NCBI GenBank assembly: GCA_031385045.1
Contig: JANNBC010000024.1
Location: forward strand, 224,001 to 288,000
Length of the DNA stretch: 64,000 bases
Reading direction: 5' to 3'
Origin: a bacterium
GTDB taxonomy: Bacteria; Bdellovibrionota_C; UBA2361; CALJRW01
The translations under genes were made by a program, and so were the position numbers. The first letter of the stretch is position 1; the number at the start of each line of letters is the position of its first letter. The notes beneath the pieces are model-generated. The model made no database searches and was not told where the DNA came from. It saw only the letters and a list, made by a program, of their open reading frames with translations. Below are positions 30,541 to 40,901 of this stretch, piece by piece.

Positions 30541-31887
30541 ATGACTGTAAAAATTATTGGCGCAGGGCTTGCTGGAAGCGAGGCGGCTTGGCAATTAGTA
30601 AATCGGAATATTCCTGTGGAGATCTATGAAATGCGTCCCAGCATTTCGACAAAAGCTCACCAGACAGGACTTTGCGCAGAATTAGTTTGCTCTAATTCCC
30701 TTAAAAATTCCAAGCTAGATAATGCTGCCGGATTAATGAAAGAGGAGATGAGGCTTCTTGGATCATTAATCTTAGAGGCCGCAACTTATGCTGAAGTTCC
30801 TGCTGGGGGAGCACTAGCAGTAGATCGTCTAGTCTTTGCTCAGTATATCGACGAGAAGATTCGTAATCACCCATTAATTACCTTTGTAGAAAAAGAGCTT
30901 CAAGAGATTCCAGAATCTAGTTCAGAGCAACCAGTGATTGTTGCCACTGGACCACTAACATCCAAGGCCTTAACTAAATCAATTGCTCAATTAATCGATA
31001 CTCCAAATTTGGCTTTTTTTGACGCAATTGCTCCCATTTTCTTTCGTGACTCGCTAGATCTAAATCTATTATTTAAGATGTCTCGCTACGGTAAGGGCGG
31101 AGATGACTACTACAATATCCCCCTAGAAAAGGACCACTATAATTCCTTTATTGATCAAATAGAACTAGCAGAAAAATATACTGGTAACCAAGCTGTAGAG
31201 AGCGATTCTCCAGAAGAACTTCGTCCGTTTGAGGGATGTATGCCAATTGAGGATATTATCCTAAGAGGCAGAGAGACGTTAAGACATGGACCATTAAAAC
31301 CTAAGGGCTTAATTGATCCGCGAACAGATCGTCCACCCTATGCCGCAGTGCAACTGCGGCAAGATGATCTGCAAGGAAATACTTGGAGCATGGTAGGTAT
31401 GCAAACTCGTATGAAACGTCATGAGCAAGAAAGAATTATTCGACAACTTCCTGGTATGCAAAATGCGGAATTTGTTCGTTATGGGTCATTTCATCGCAAT
31501 ACTTTTATTGATTCCCCAAACTGCCTAAATGCGACTTTAGAACTAAGAAAAAAACCGGGTTTATTTTTTGCAGGACAAATAAATGGGACTGAGGGCTATA
31601 TCGAATCTGCGATTGGCGGAATTCTAGCAGGAATTAATGCCTCTCGTAGAATAAATAATTTAGAACCTCTGATTTTACCTATCGAAACTGCCGGAGGTAG
31701 TCTCTTTCATTATATCAGCGATCCAACGCGAAAGGATTTTCAGCCAATGAATATTACATATGGAGTAATGCCTAGCTATCACCAACTTTTGGCAGACTTT
31801 CCAAAGATGAATAAACATGACAAACGAATGCGCTGTAGCAACCAAGCATTAGAAATTTTAAAAATATTTATCGCTAATAATCTTTAA
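30541..31887 (+). CDS. trmFO: Folate/FAD-dependent tRNA m5U54 methyltransferase
   Basis: IGAGLAGSEAAWQ, ELVCSNS, FFDAIAP, FEGCMPIE, AGQINGTEGY and FQPMN. Confidence 0.95.
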   Translation: MTVKIIGAGLAGSEAAWQLVNRNIPVEIYEMRPSISTKAHQTGLCAELVCSNSLKNSKLDNAAGLMKEEMRLLGSLILEAATYAEVPAGGALAVDRLVFAQYIDEKIRNHPLITFVEKELQEIPESSSEQPVIVATGPLTSKALTKSIAQLIDTPNLAFFDAIAPIFFRDSLDLNLLFKMSRYGKGGDDYYNIPLEKDHYNSFIDQIELAEKYTGNQAVESDSPEELRPFEGCMPIEDIILRGRETLRHGPLKPKGLIDPRTDRPPYAAVQLRQDDLQGNTWSMVGMQTRMKRHEQERIIRQLPGMQNAEFVRYGSFHRNTFIDSPNCLNATLELRKKPGLFFAGQINGTEGYIESAIGGILAGINASRRINNLEPLILPIETAGGSLFHYISDPTRKDFQPMNITYGVMPSYHQLLADFPKMNKHDKRMRCSNQALEILKIFIANNL

Positions 31888-31889
31888 AA

Positions 31890-32210
31890 ATGATTGAACT
31901 CAAAAGTCCTTCAACTGTAACATTTAATTGGTTTAGGCGGGTTGCCTACATCGAAGGCTGGTCCTATCTCCTGCTATTAGGAGTCGCAATGCCACTAAAG
32001 TACCTTGCTGGATTTGCGCTGGCAGTAAAAATAGTAGGCGCTATTCACGGAGTCCTCTTTGTTAAACTGGCACTTCTGGGATTGCTTGTTATGTACCAGT
32101 ATCAAAAAGATACCTTTTGGATAATCAAAGCTTTTGTAGCATCAATCCTTCCATTTGGTACTTTTTATATGGAGAAGACTTGGTGCAAAGAAGAGCTAGA
32201 ACTAAATTAA
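31890..32210 (+). CDS. DUF3817 family membrane protein
   Basis: AYIEGWSYLLLLGVAMPLKY, HGVLF and ASILPFGTF. Confidence 0.85.
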   Translation: MIELKSPSTVTFNWFRRVAYIEGWSYLLLLGVAMPLKYLAGFALAVKIVGAIHGVLFVKLALLGLLVMYQYQKDTFWIIKAFVASILPFGTFYMEKTWCKEELELN

Positions 32211-32214
32211 TCGT

Positions 32215-32907
32215 CTAGTGCTTAGAAGCTAAATAACAATTAACAATTTGAAAAGTATATGTTTGATGCTTTAAATTTTTAAATCCATTTTGATTTAAAA
32301 TCGCTTGAAATTCTTTTCCCGCAGGAAACTGCTCGGCTGTCTCAGGTAGATACTCATAAGCAGCTCGATTACCTGTTAGTAATTTACCAAGAAGTGGCAT
32401 CACAAATTTAGAATAAAATAGGTAAAATGGCGCAAACCAATTCCGTGGTTTTCCAAATTCCAAAATTAACAAATGACCATTAGGCTTTAATACTCGGTAA
32501 GCTTCTTGCAAGCCCCGATTGAGATCGGCAAAATTCCTAACCCCATAGGCAATAGTTACAACATCAAAACTTTGATCAGCGAAGGAGAGATTTAAAGCAT
32601 CGTCAACTTTTAATTGTAAATTAGGAAATTGATTGGCCGGGAAACGTTTTTCTGCCAGAGCTAACATTTCAGGGCAAAAATCCGCACCCACCACAGAGCC
32701 ATACTTCTTAACTAAAATGGAAAGAAGCGCTCCAGTTCCTGTGCAAAGATCCAAACATCTAGCTAGGCGATTATCAGGAAGTAAGCTTAGTGCCCGCTTC
32801 TCCCAATAACGATGACATCCAAAACTTAAGACATCATTACTTAAGTCATAGCGAGAAGCAATATCAGCAAACATTGATTTTACCAGTTGAGGATTCTTAT
32901 CAGTCAT
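32215..32907 (-). CDS. menG: Demethylmenaquinone/ubiquinone methyltransferase (MenG/UbiE)
   Basis: MFADIASRYDLSNDVLSFG, LDLCTGTG, YGVRN, RVLKPNG and AYEYL. Confidence 0.92.
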   Translation of the reverse strand: MTDKNPQLVKSMFADIASRYDLSNDVLSFGCHRYWEKRALSLLPDNRLARCLDLCTGTGALLSILVKKYGSVVGADFCPEMLALAEKRFPANQFPNLQLKVDDALNLSFADQSFDVVTIAYGVRNFADLNRGLQEAYRVLKPNGHLLILEFGKPRNWFAPFYLFYSKFVMPLLGKLLTGNRAAYEYLPETAEQFPAGKEFQAILNQNGFKNLKHQTYTFQIVNCYLASKH

Positions 32908-32922
32908 TGCTATGATGTTTTT

Positions 32923-33738
32923 ATGAGCTTAAAACGCGGAAAAATTACTAGCTATCTTTTAAACAATAATTTGTTTTTTGTCGAAGTTATTGGCCTAACC
33001 TTGCCAATATTACTTTTTAGAACAAGAGCAGAAGAACTTATAGATCTTAAGCTAGTTAAAAACTTAGCTTTTACTTATATCTCACTAATTGCACTTCAGC
33101 TTCTAGTCCCAGCAATTTATAAAGCCTTTGAACCAAACTCCAAGTTTAAAAAGGAAAATATCTTAGCGAAAGTCTTCTACCTTAGTAAACTTATCTTATT
33201 ATTTACAACGCTCTTTGCTACTACTAAATTACTACATTACTACCTTAGCCCTCACAATTTCACTCTATTATTAACAGTCTTATTTCTAAAACTTTTAATT
33301 ATAAAATCAAAGTTAGATAACTTTTCTAATTTAAAAGTCTTTTTAGTCCGCTTTGCATATCTGATCATACTAAGCCTATTCGCTTTACTAACATACCTAG
33401 AGCTAATCTTACTACCAGCTAGCCTGATTGCCTTAAGTATTGGGTGCCTACTTACAGGAATATCATTAATTGAATTATATCAAAAACCAGTAACTCCCTC
33501 CAATCGAGCACTACGGATTCCTGGCCTGATGTATCTTACACATGCTGGACTGCAAGCAATTTATGTCATTTTACAGCTGACTTCACCTTGGCACTTTTTA
33601 CCTCTCTTTTTTGTTCCTGCTATTATTGAGATGACTCCTGCCCCGCAGAAGGAAATAACCTTTAAAGATCTACTAAAATATAGCAAAATTAATATTTTAC
33701 TCTTTGTCCTTTTTCTTGGAATTATGCTATTCCTATAA
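32923..33738 (+). CDS. Polytopic membrane protein of unknown function
   Basis: Hydrophobic ORF. ATG 32923 avoids the overlap with menG that TTG 32887 would create. Confidence 0.6.
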   Translation: MSLKRGKITSYLLNNNLFFVEVIGLTLPILLFRTRAEELIDLKLVKNLAFTYISLIALQLLVPAIYKAFEPNSKFKKENILAKVFYLSKLILLFTTLFATTKLLHYYLSPHNFTLLLTVLFLKLLIIKSKLDNFSNLKVFLVRFAYLIILSLFALLTYLELILLPASLIALSIGCLLTGISLIELYQKPVTPSNRALRIPGLMYLTHAGLQAIYVILQLTSPWHFLPLFFVPAIIEMTPAPQKEITFKDLLKYSKINILLFVLFLGIMLFL

Positions 33739-33858
33739 GACTAATTTTTGCCCAATAAAACAACTATACTCAGGTAAATCAGGGGCAAAGTGCTTTTGAA
33801 GGAGATTTAGCATTTAGCTACGAAGGCAAGAAAGATTCTAATTTACTCTAAAGAACTT

Positions 33859-35394
33859 ATGACTAAAAAACTAGAAATTTCAGATAAACTTGATAAGGTT
33901 GTATCCCTTTGTAAACGTCGCGGTTTTATTTTCCAAAGTAGTGAAATTTATGGCGGGCTTAAATCAGCTTACGATTACGGACCGCTTGGTGTAGAGCTAA
34001 AAAGAAATATTGCTAGCGAGTGGTGGCGGTCAATGGTTCATGAGCGTGAAGATATTGTTGGTATCGACGCTTCAATTATGATGCATCCTAAAGTGTGGCA
34101 AGCAAGTGGTCATGCTGCAGGGTTTAGCGATCCCTTGGTTGACTGTCTAAACTGCAAAGAAAGATTTCGTGCAGACAAAGCTCCACAAATTGATCCAGGA
34201 ATGCTAGTTGAATTTAAGCTTGGAGGAAAAGACAAAGGAGAAACTAAAAAAGCTGCCGTCGGTTCACAGGGCTATGTTTGCCCACTGTGTAACTGCCCAG
34301 AACTTTCGGCGGAGCGAGACTTTAACTTAATGTTCTCTACTTCGATTGGACCAGTTAGCCCTTTAGATCAATTTATTAATCAAATTGAGAATAAATCATT
34401 AAACCGGCAGGAGCTAAAAGAATTACTGGAAGAGTCAGTTAGCAGAACTAGAACCTACCTACGACCAGAAACTGCTCAGGCTATGTTTGTCCAATTTCTT
34501 AATGTTCAACAAACTCAAGCAATGAAAATTCCTTTTGGAATTGCACAACAAGGTAAATCTTTTCGTAATGAAATTACTACTGAAAAATATATCTTCCGCA
34601 CTTGCGAGTTTGAGCAAATGGAAATGGAGTACTTCATTGAACCTGGAACTCATCAGGAATCAATTGCTTATTGGAAAGAAGAACGACTTAACTGGTGGAA
34701 AAAATTTGCTAACTTCCCAGAGGATTTTGCTCTTCGCCAGCATGACGCCGACGAACTAGCTCATTACTCTTCAGATTGCTATGACGTTGAATACAATTAC
34801 CCTTGGGGCTTTGACGAGTTAGAAGGTGTTGCCTCTAGAACCGACTATGACTTGAAAAAACATACCGAATATTCGGGAGTCAAGCTTACTTACTTTGATC
34901 AAAATAAAAATGATCCGGAAACTGGAAAAGCTGGTTGGCGCTATGTTCCTTATGTTATTGAACCAGCTGCTGGCTTAACCAGAGGTGTATTATGTTACTT
35001 ACTAGATGCTTACACCGAAGAGAGTGGCACTGATGCTGAAGGTCAAGATAAGCAAAGAGTAGTATTAAAACTACATCCCCGCTTTGCGCCAATTAAAGTT
35101 GCCGTCTTACCATTAGTTAAAAAAGATGGCTTACCAGAATTAGCTAGAGAGATCGTCAATACTTTTTTCAATGCTGGAATTAATGCCAAATATGATGAGC
35201 AACATTCAATCGGCAAGCGCTATGCTAAGCATGACGAAGTCGGTACTCCCTACTGTATTACAGTGGATCATCAAAGCTTAGAGGATCAAACAGTTACAAT
35301 TAGAGATCGCGATACAACTAAACAAGAAAGAGTTCCAGTAGCCGAAGCATTAAAAACAGTGACCGAAAGATTAGTATTTTTTCACAAGTCTTAA
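33859..35394 (+). CDS. glyQS: Glycine--tRNA ligase, alpha2 (homodimeric) type
   Basis: KRRGF, DYGPLG, YLRPETAQ, GKSFRNEI, EFEQME, ELAHYS and the anticodon domain SIGKRY. Confidence 0.97.
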   Translation: MTKKLEISDKLDKVVSLCKRRGFIFQSSEIYGGLKSAYDYGPLGVELKRNIASEWWRSMVHEREDIVGIDASIMMHPKVWQASGHAAGFSDPLVDCLNCKERFRADKAPQIDPGMLVEFKLGGKDKGETKKAAVGSQGYVCPLCNCPELSAERDFNLMFSTSIGPVSPLDQFINQIENKSLNRQELKELLEESVSRTRTYLRPETAQAMFVQFLNVQQTQAMKIPFGIAQQGKSFRNEITTEKYIFRTCEFEQMEMEYFIEPGTHQESIAYWKEERLNWWKKFANFPEDFALRQHDADELAHYSSDCYDVEYNYPWGFDELEGVASRTDYDLKKHTEYSGVKLTYFDQNKNDPETGKAGWRYVPYVIEPAAGLTRGVLCYLLDAYTEESGTDAEGQDKQRVVLKLHPRFAPIKVAVLPLVKKDGLPELAREIVNTFFNAGINAKYDEQHSIGKRYAKHDEVGTPYCITVDHQSLEDQTVTIRDRDTTKQERVPVAEALKTVTERLVFFHKS

Positions 35395-35437
35395 CTGTAA
35401 TTAATAACTGTCTCTGTAAATTTACAATAAAAATAAT

Positions 35438-36295
35438 ATGACATTAATTAGGTTCGCAGTTCAAAAATCGGGACGACTTAGAGATAACTCACTAGATATT
35501 ATTAAACGCCTAGGTGTAAAAATTCCTCACAATAAGGAAATGCTTCGTTTAGAAAGTCCAAATTTTCCAATTGAATTCCTCTTCCTACGTGATGATGATA
35601 TCCCAGGTTACGTGGAGCAAGGTGTCGCTGACATTGGAATCGTGGGAGAGAATGTCTTAAAAGAAACAGGAGCCAAGGTGAAGATTGCTCGTCGCCTTGA
35701 CTTTTCTCATTGCCGCTTAAGTATTGCTGTCGCCCAAGCTAATCCGGCAAAATCATTAAAGGACCTTGAAGGCAAAGCAATTGCTACAAGCTACCCAAAT
35801 ATTCTTCGGAAATATGCCAAAAAACAAGAGGTCAATTTAGATATTCGCTTTATTAGTGGCTCTGTAGAAGTTGCTCCTGGGATTAAACTGGCTGATGGTA
35901 TTTTTGATATTGTTAGTACGGGAAGTACTTTAATTCAAAATGGTTTAAAAGAAATTGAAGTCGTCATGCAATCACAGGCAGTATTAGCAGCCAGTCCTAA
36001 TCTTAATCCTGAGAAGCAACAAATCTTAAATAATTTACTGTTTCGCTTAGATGCGATCCTTAAAGCTGGTGATTATAAATACATCGTAATGAATGTACCA
36101 AAGAAAGTCTTACCAGATGTTCAGAAACTCTTACCAGGATTAAAACACCCAACCATCACTCAGCTCTATGATCCAGAATGGTATTCTGTTTCAACTGTTG
36201 TAAAAGAATCTGATTTCTGGACTAGCTTAGAGAAATTAAAAGGTGCTGGAGCGCAAGATATCTTAGTAATGCCAATTGAAAAATTAGTAATCTAA
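35438..36295 (+). CDS. hisG: ATP phosphoribosyltransferase, long form
   Basis: QKSGRL, RDDDIP, ATSYP, GSVE, DIVSTGSTL and the C-terminal regulatory domain. Confidence 0.95.
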   Translation: MTLIRFAVQKSGRLRDNSLDIIKRLGVKIPHNKEMLRLESPNFPIEFLFLRDDDIPGYVEQGVADIGIVGENVLKETGAKVKIARRLDFSHCRLSIAVAQANPAKSLKDLEGKAIATSYPNILRKYAKKQEVNLDIRFISGSVEVAPGIKLADGIFDIVSTGSTLIQNGLKEIEVVMQSQAVLAASPNLNPEKQQILNNLLFRLDAILKAGDYKYIVMNVPKKVLPDVQKLLPGLKHPTITQLYDPEWYSVSTVVKESDFWTSLEKLKGAGAQDILVMPIEKLVI

Positions 36296-36326
36296 TTCAT
36301 AAGTAAATAACCTCTGTAGTGAAACT

Positions 36327-37631
36327 ATGTCTCGCAATCTAACCTTAATTTACAAAGAAGTTTTTTTCTTTGCCTTAATGGTTGGTGCCGGGGAGTCATA
36401 TTTAGGAGCCTATGCCTTATTCCTTGGGGCATCACCGCTACTAGTTGGAATGGTTGGCGCGGCCCCTTTTGTCTTTGCCTCAGTGGGTCAATTCCTAGCA
36501 TTCTATTTAAATCAGTTTTGCAAAATTAGATCGATTCTACTCAGCACAATCAGCTTAGAAATCCTTAGCTTTCTTTGTTTAACGATCCCACTTTTTATTC
36601 CGGACTATGCAATTCCAACTTTTATAACTAGCACAGCTTTCTATTTTATTATTAGAAATGTAACTTCGCCAACACAAAACCTCTTTTTCAAAAGTGCTAT
36701 CCCGGCAGAGATTCGAGGAACATTCTCTGGGAAACGGCAAAAAGGAAGTTTTTTAGTAATTCTATTATCACTGCTAGTATTTGGGGGTATCTTAGAACTT
36801 GCCAAAAACTATCATCACGAGTTCTATGCCTATCTGACTTTCTGCTTAGTTGCAGCTGTTGCGCGTTTAAAAAGCCTTTTCCTTTTTCGACAAATGGATA
36901 TTGCCGATCTCAACAACGAGCGACCTAGCAGTTTTACATTCCTAGATTTTATTCGAGAAATAACTCACAACAACTTTGGTAGATTTGTTTTACTAACAAC
37001 AATGATGGGATTTGCTTCCAATTTTATTGGAGGCTACTTAGCAGTTTATTTCTTAAAAGAATTACACCTAAGTTATTTAATTTTTGCCCTTTTAATAAGC
37101 CTCTCCTGGTTGACTCAATATTTATCAGTTACATTTTGGGGACAACTTACAGATAAGATTGGCTCCAGGGCCATTGTGATTGTCACTGCTTATGGATTAA
37201 CTGCAATCCCCCTACTCTGGCTTGCTGGCACTAATTTAGCTTGGATGTGCTTCGTACAAATTTTCTCTGGACTGGTATGGTCTGGATATAACTTAGCAAC
37301 TTCAGACTACACATTTGACGCCGTCCAAGGTAAAAATTATGTTAAGTGCCAAGCTTACCAAGCAACAATTAATTCAATCGGAGTAATCTTAGCCGTACTT
37401 ATTTCAGGAATATTTCAAAACTATGCTTATGCTGGAGACATAATCCAAAATCCATTTATCACTGTTTTTGCTGTATCCTTTGCCTTACGAGTCCTTACTG
37501 TATTAATCCTTACTAAGCGAATTAACGAAGTTAAAAAGTTTCCCGAGAATCATAATCTAAATATTAACTTTAATTTTGCAGGCATTAATATTGTTGCTCG
37601 CGCTAATTTAAACTTCTTTCGCAAAGACTAG
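36327..37631 (+). CDS. MFS transporter
   Basis: About 12 TM helices; WGQLTDKIGSR motif A. Confidence 0.85.
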   Translation: MSRNLTLIYKEVFFFALMVGAGESYLGAYALFLGASPLLVGMVGAAPFVFASVGQFLAFYLNQFCKIRSILLSTISLEILSFLCLTIPLFIPDYAIPTFITSTAFYFIIRNVTSPTQNLFFKSAIPAEIRGTFSGKRQKGSFLVILLSLLVFGGILELAKNYHHEFYAYLTFCLVAAVARLKSLFLFRQMDIADLNNERPSSFTFLDFIREITHNNFGRFVLLTTMMGFASNFIGGYLAVYFLKELHLSYLIFALLISLSWLTQYLSVTFWGQLTDKIGSRAIVIVTAYGLTAIPLLWLAGTNLAWMCFVQIFSGLVWSGYNLATSDYTFDAVQGKNYVKCQAYQATINSIGVILAVLISGIFQNYAYAGDIIQNPFITVFAVSFALRVLTVLILTKRINEVKKFPENHNLNINFNFAGINIVARANLNFFRKD

Positions 37632-37640
37632 ACTTCCAGA

Positions 37641-38678
37641 TTACTCCTGAAAAGACCTAGCATATTTTAAGATCCGATTAATTTCCTTAATCTTTATCTT
37701 AAGCTTACGCTTTTGTTTGGCATTAGTTAGAACTAAAACTCTATTTACGAGTTTAGTTTTCTGTTTTTTAAGCTTGATCAGCTCTTCCGTATCCCAAGAC
37801 TCTAATCCACAAGCGGATAAAGATGAATTACAATCATAACGCTCACAACCATTAGGAATTTTAATAATTCTAAACTCGGCCAATGATGTCACAGCAATTA
37901 GCACATCTTCCCCGTAGCTACATCCAGATTGTGCACCACGCGACGTTGTACAACGACCATTACTAGGTCCCACATCAGTCAATGTTTCTCCATTAACAAC
38001 CAATGAAGTTGTTGGATTTGTTAAAACCACCAATCTTCCATTGCTATCAGAAACTGGCTTCCATAAGAAGCGTGATAGATCACTATAAGGACTAGCAAGG
38101 CAAACTCCTGGATCTTCTTCTACTTCTTCCTCAATTGGTTCTTCCTCAATTGGATCATCAAGCCCTAAGCTTGCGCCACAAATACTAAATAAAGTTTCAA
38201 TTGAATCAATAAATTCTGCTGTTAACTTACTTTCTGTTAGTAACTTAATTTCTGGCGTCTCCGGGCCAGAACTAAAACTAATAATTGCCTTAGCCGTTAA
38301 AGCTAAATTAACTAAATCCCTAACTTTAGTTGGCCGAATATCTGGGCAGGCTGTTTTGATATATCCTTCAGCAATAGATTCTGGAAGACCACCATAACAA
38401 AATCCCGCAATTGCCATTATCGGATTAAAAGAGTCACTTGTTACATTACCAAGTTTAGCGCTAAGCTCATTATAAGTAAGCAATAACCCTTCAATCTGCA
38501 CACGATTATCTCGCTGATGAAGGGCCACTTGAATCGCCTCTCGATTATCTGCAACCATCAGGATATCTGAAAAATTTGATTGTGGAATTGATTTGCAAAA
38601 ATTCGTAATATCTTGAGCAAATGCTGGAGTTGAAGCTAGTAAAACTAAGAGTAAACCTGTTAGAAATTTCATATGCAA
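37641..38678 (-). CDS. Secreted Cys-rich hypothetical protein
   Basis: Signal peptide (AFA-Q), acidic linker, FLWKPVSDSNGRLVVL...SNGR domain and a basic C-terminal helix. Confidence 0.7.
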   Translation of the reverse strand: MHMKFLTGLLLVLLASTPAFAQDITNFCKSIPQSNFSDILMVADNREAIQVALHQRDNRVQIEGLLLTYNELSAKLGNVTSDSFNPIMAIAGFCYGGLPESIAEGYIKTACPDIRPTKVRDLVNLALTAKAIISFSSGPETPEIKLLTESKLTAEFIDSIETLFSICGASLGLDDPIEEEPIEEEVEEDPGVCLASPYSDLSRFLWKPVSDSNGRLVVLTNPTTSLVVNGETLTDVGPSNGRCTTSRGAQSGCSYGEDVLIAVTSLAEFRIIKIPNGCERYDCNSSLSACGLESWDTEELIKLKKQKTKLVNRVLVLTNAKQKRKLKIKIKEINRILKYARSFQE

Positions 38679-38767
38679 ATTAGTAGTAAAATAACCTTAG
38701 CTACTAATCAGCTCAGAACTTGTTTTTGCTTCTTAAAAAACCAAATAATATCTAGTTATTTTAAGTT

Positions 38768-39364
38768 CTAACTATCTGATTTTACTATTAATTCACCAGA
38801 GGAGTTAAAATACTTTTGAAAATTCGTCACACCCTCAATTAAATATTGCCCATCTTTAGTTCCAATAATCCAGGCAGGAGACTTACTCACCTGATACTCA
38901 GCTGGAGGCTCAGCAGAAAAAAATAATCCACCGCCCCGACCATCAACAAGTGCCGTCACTTTGTTCATTGCTGGGGAACTAAAATCCTTGCCCACCGCAT
39001 ATATTGGGCCTAAGTCATAATCATGCTCAATGGCAAATTCTAGAAAACTATTTATTTCAGTGAAAAAATGATCTTGATCATTGGCATTAATAATCATACC
39101 TAACCAACTAACCTGATAGCGACCTCCTGGTGGTGGAGTTATCGTTGGTGTTTGCGGACTAGCCTGACCTTCGGCCGTGCTTGGCACTTCTTGTTGATTA
39201 GGATTCGGTGCTACTATTGGATTAGTTTCCTGCTCTACTTTACGAGGATTAAATACATTCATATCATAATCTTTACCAAAGAACCCCTCTTCTTCAGCAA
39301 AAACTACAGAACTAGCGCCTAGAACAAGCAAAAGTAGCGCTAATTTAATAGAAAATAGTTTCAT
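38768..39364 (-). CDS. Exported protein, F-type TrbC-like (tentative)
   Basis: Signal peptide from ATG 39364. C-terminal EPPAEYQVSKSPAWII...LIEG resembles the TrbC 'DP..F..y.I..VPa.V...i.G' pattern. Confidence 0.5.
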   Translation of the reverse strand: MKLFSIKLALLLLVLGASSVVFAEEEGFFGKDYDMNVFNPRKVEQETNPIVAPNPNQQEVPSTAEGQASPQTPTITPPPGGRYQVSWLGMIINANDQDHFFTEINSFLEFAIEHDYDLGPIYAVGKDFSSPAMNKVTALVDGRGGGLFFSAEPPAEYQVSKSPAWIIGTKDGQYLIEGVTNFQKYFNSSGELIVKSDS

Positions 39365-40901
39365 TATTAACTGGTAAATAACAAACAGGGCAAGCTTGAA
39401 CAAAGCGATAGTGAGCAGAAACAAAACGCTCTCCATCAACATTCACATTAGCATCTTTGTATTGATCGCCGGTAATCTTCGGAAGATAATATTCACCTTC
39501 ATTGATACATCCCTTATTACTACCACGAGCGACGTTACGACTACGGTCAAAAGGCTTATTACGATTTAAATCTAAAAACTGTAAGCGATCACGTTTATGT
39601 TCTCCTTGATCTTGAAATTGAACATCATGAAACTTACCTATTTTCTCCCCCTGCTTTGGGTTCAACATACCAAGCTTCTCTCCCAAAAGATAGGCTAATT
39701 TAATTGAGACATAGTCACGCTTTGTTGCTGCTTGTGTTGAATATAAAGTTTCTTTGTCAAAATTAAAGGGCACAGAAAATAACCTTCCATAAAAAGCAAT
39801 ATTACCTGGGGCACATTTATATGTTCCACCAGCACTATTACTGCCACCTTGAGAAATCAACGGATTTAATTTATCTTTAAAAATAGTATCGAGACTTCCC
39901 AGATCTTGTTTCTGCTGACGACAATTATCCATTTGATCCTCTGCTTGTAGCACCTTCTGTAAATCAGAATCAGCATAAGCATACTCTGCAAATCTCATTG
40001 TTAAGAGCGCCTCAGGGAATTCACTAAACCAAATTGGAACAGCATTCTTCACAGGCACCCAAGAGTTAACTGCTCCTTGATGAGTCCATATGTCTTCAAA
40101 GTAATCTTCTCGATTGGTTTTATTGCGATCAAATCCAGTTGGATAGACGTGCATTTCCATAAAGCGACCATTATTAGAAATTCGGTGTCGGAGTGTTGCA
40201 TCATCCATGGAGACCTCCTTACCATCAATCTTAACTTTAAGTTTCTTAAATTCTTTTATGGAATCAATAACACCTTTGTCACGAACTATTTCTTTTTGTA
40301 AAGTGTCTTTAATCTTCTGAACATCTTGATCTTCCATTTTAAAATCTTTATCGAATCCAAACTTGTTACCGACTGCCTTCAAACGATCGATCTCACCTTT
40401 TGCTGGTTCGGTTGAGCCTCCCTGCGCCTTAACCAACATTCCTAAATGTGAAAATTGTTCCGCTTTGGCTTTCAGATTTTTGACAATTTCCGCAGTCATA
40501 TATTCAGTGTCATAGGGAGTCTGAGTTGTTTCTGTTAATTGAAAAGGAACATAATAACTATAAAGCGGAATAGAATCGTCTAGTAAGCCCGCATAGGTAT
40601 CATAATCACGGCAGAGGTAAAAATTATATCCAAGGTTAACTTGCAGATTACGTGCTAATTTACAACCTCCTCCAGTAACTCTTTTTCTACCTAAACAACT
40701 GTTTGGATCATCAGTGTAATTTTCCAACATTCGATTTGCGGCGGCTGTAAAGGATGCTTCCACTTCAGAATTACCAACCTTACTAATTAATCGATCCGTT
40801 TTACTGAGTGGTGTGCCGGGAGTAATTTCAACCTTTCCCGTCTCTGCCTGAAGCATAAAAGGAATAAAAAGCGCTATAACTAATAATCTAAAAACCTTCA
40901 T
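39345..40901 (-). CDS. Exported protein, TraU-like (tentative)
   Basis: Signal peptide; YYVPFQLTETTQTPY, FMEMHVYP, WFSEFPE and C-terminal GERFVSAHYRFVQAC occur in TraU order; Cys-rich. Confidence 0.55.
   Translation of the reverse strand: MKVFRLLVIALFIPFMLQAETGKVEITPGTPLSKTDRLISKVGNSEVEASFTAAANRMLENYTDDPNSCLGRKRVTGGGCKLARNLQVNLGYNFYLCRDYDTYAGLLDDSIPLYSYYVPFQLTETTQTPYDTEYMTAEIVKNLKAKAEQFSHLGMLVKAQGGSTEPAKGEIDRLKAVGNKFGFDKDFKMEDQDVQKIKDTLQKEIVRDKGVIDSIKEFKKLKVKIDGKEVSMDDATLRHRISNNGRFMEMHVYPTGFDRNKTNREDYFEDIWTHQGAVNSWVPVKNAVPIWFSEFPEALLTMRFAEYAYADSDLQKVLQAEDQMDNCRQQKQDLGSLDTIFKDKLNPLISQGGSNSAGGTYKCAPGNIAFYGRLFSVPFNFDKETLYSTQAATKRDYVSIKLAYLLGEKLGMLNPKQGEKIGKFHDVQFQDQGEHKRDRLQFLDLNRNKPFDRSRNVARGSNKGCINEGEYYLPKITGDQYKDANVNVDGERFVSAHYRFVQACPVCYLPVNNETIFY

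Noticed and set aside
32923..33738. MenA/UbiA prenyltransferase call, suggested by adjacency to menG
   Set aside because: No Asp-rich NDxxD/DxxxD motifs are visible, so it is left as an unknown membrane protein.
33765..33774. TATACTCAGG identical to 17309-17318
   Set aside because: It is only a 10-bp match with no partner inverted end; chance or a -10 element explains it.
39365..39442. Upstream start for the TrbC-like ORF
   Set aside because: It lies deep inside the TraU-like C-terminus; ATG 39364 yields a clean signal peptide.
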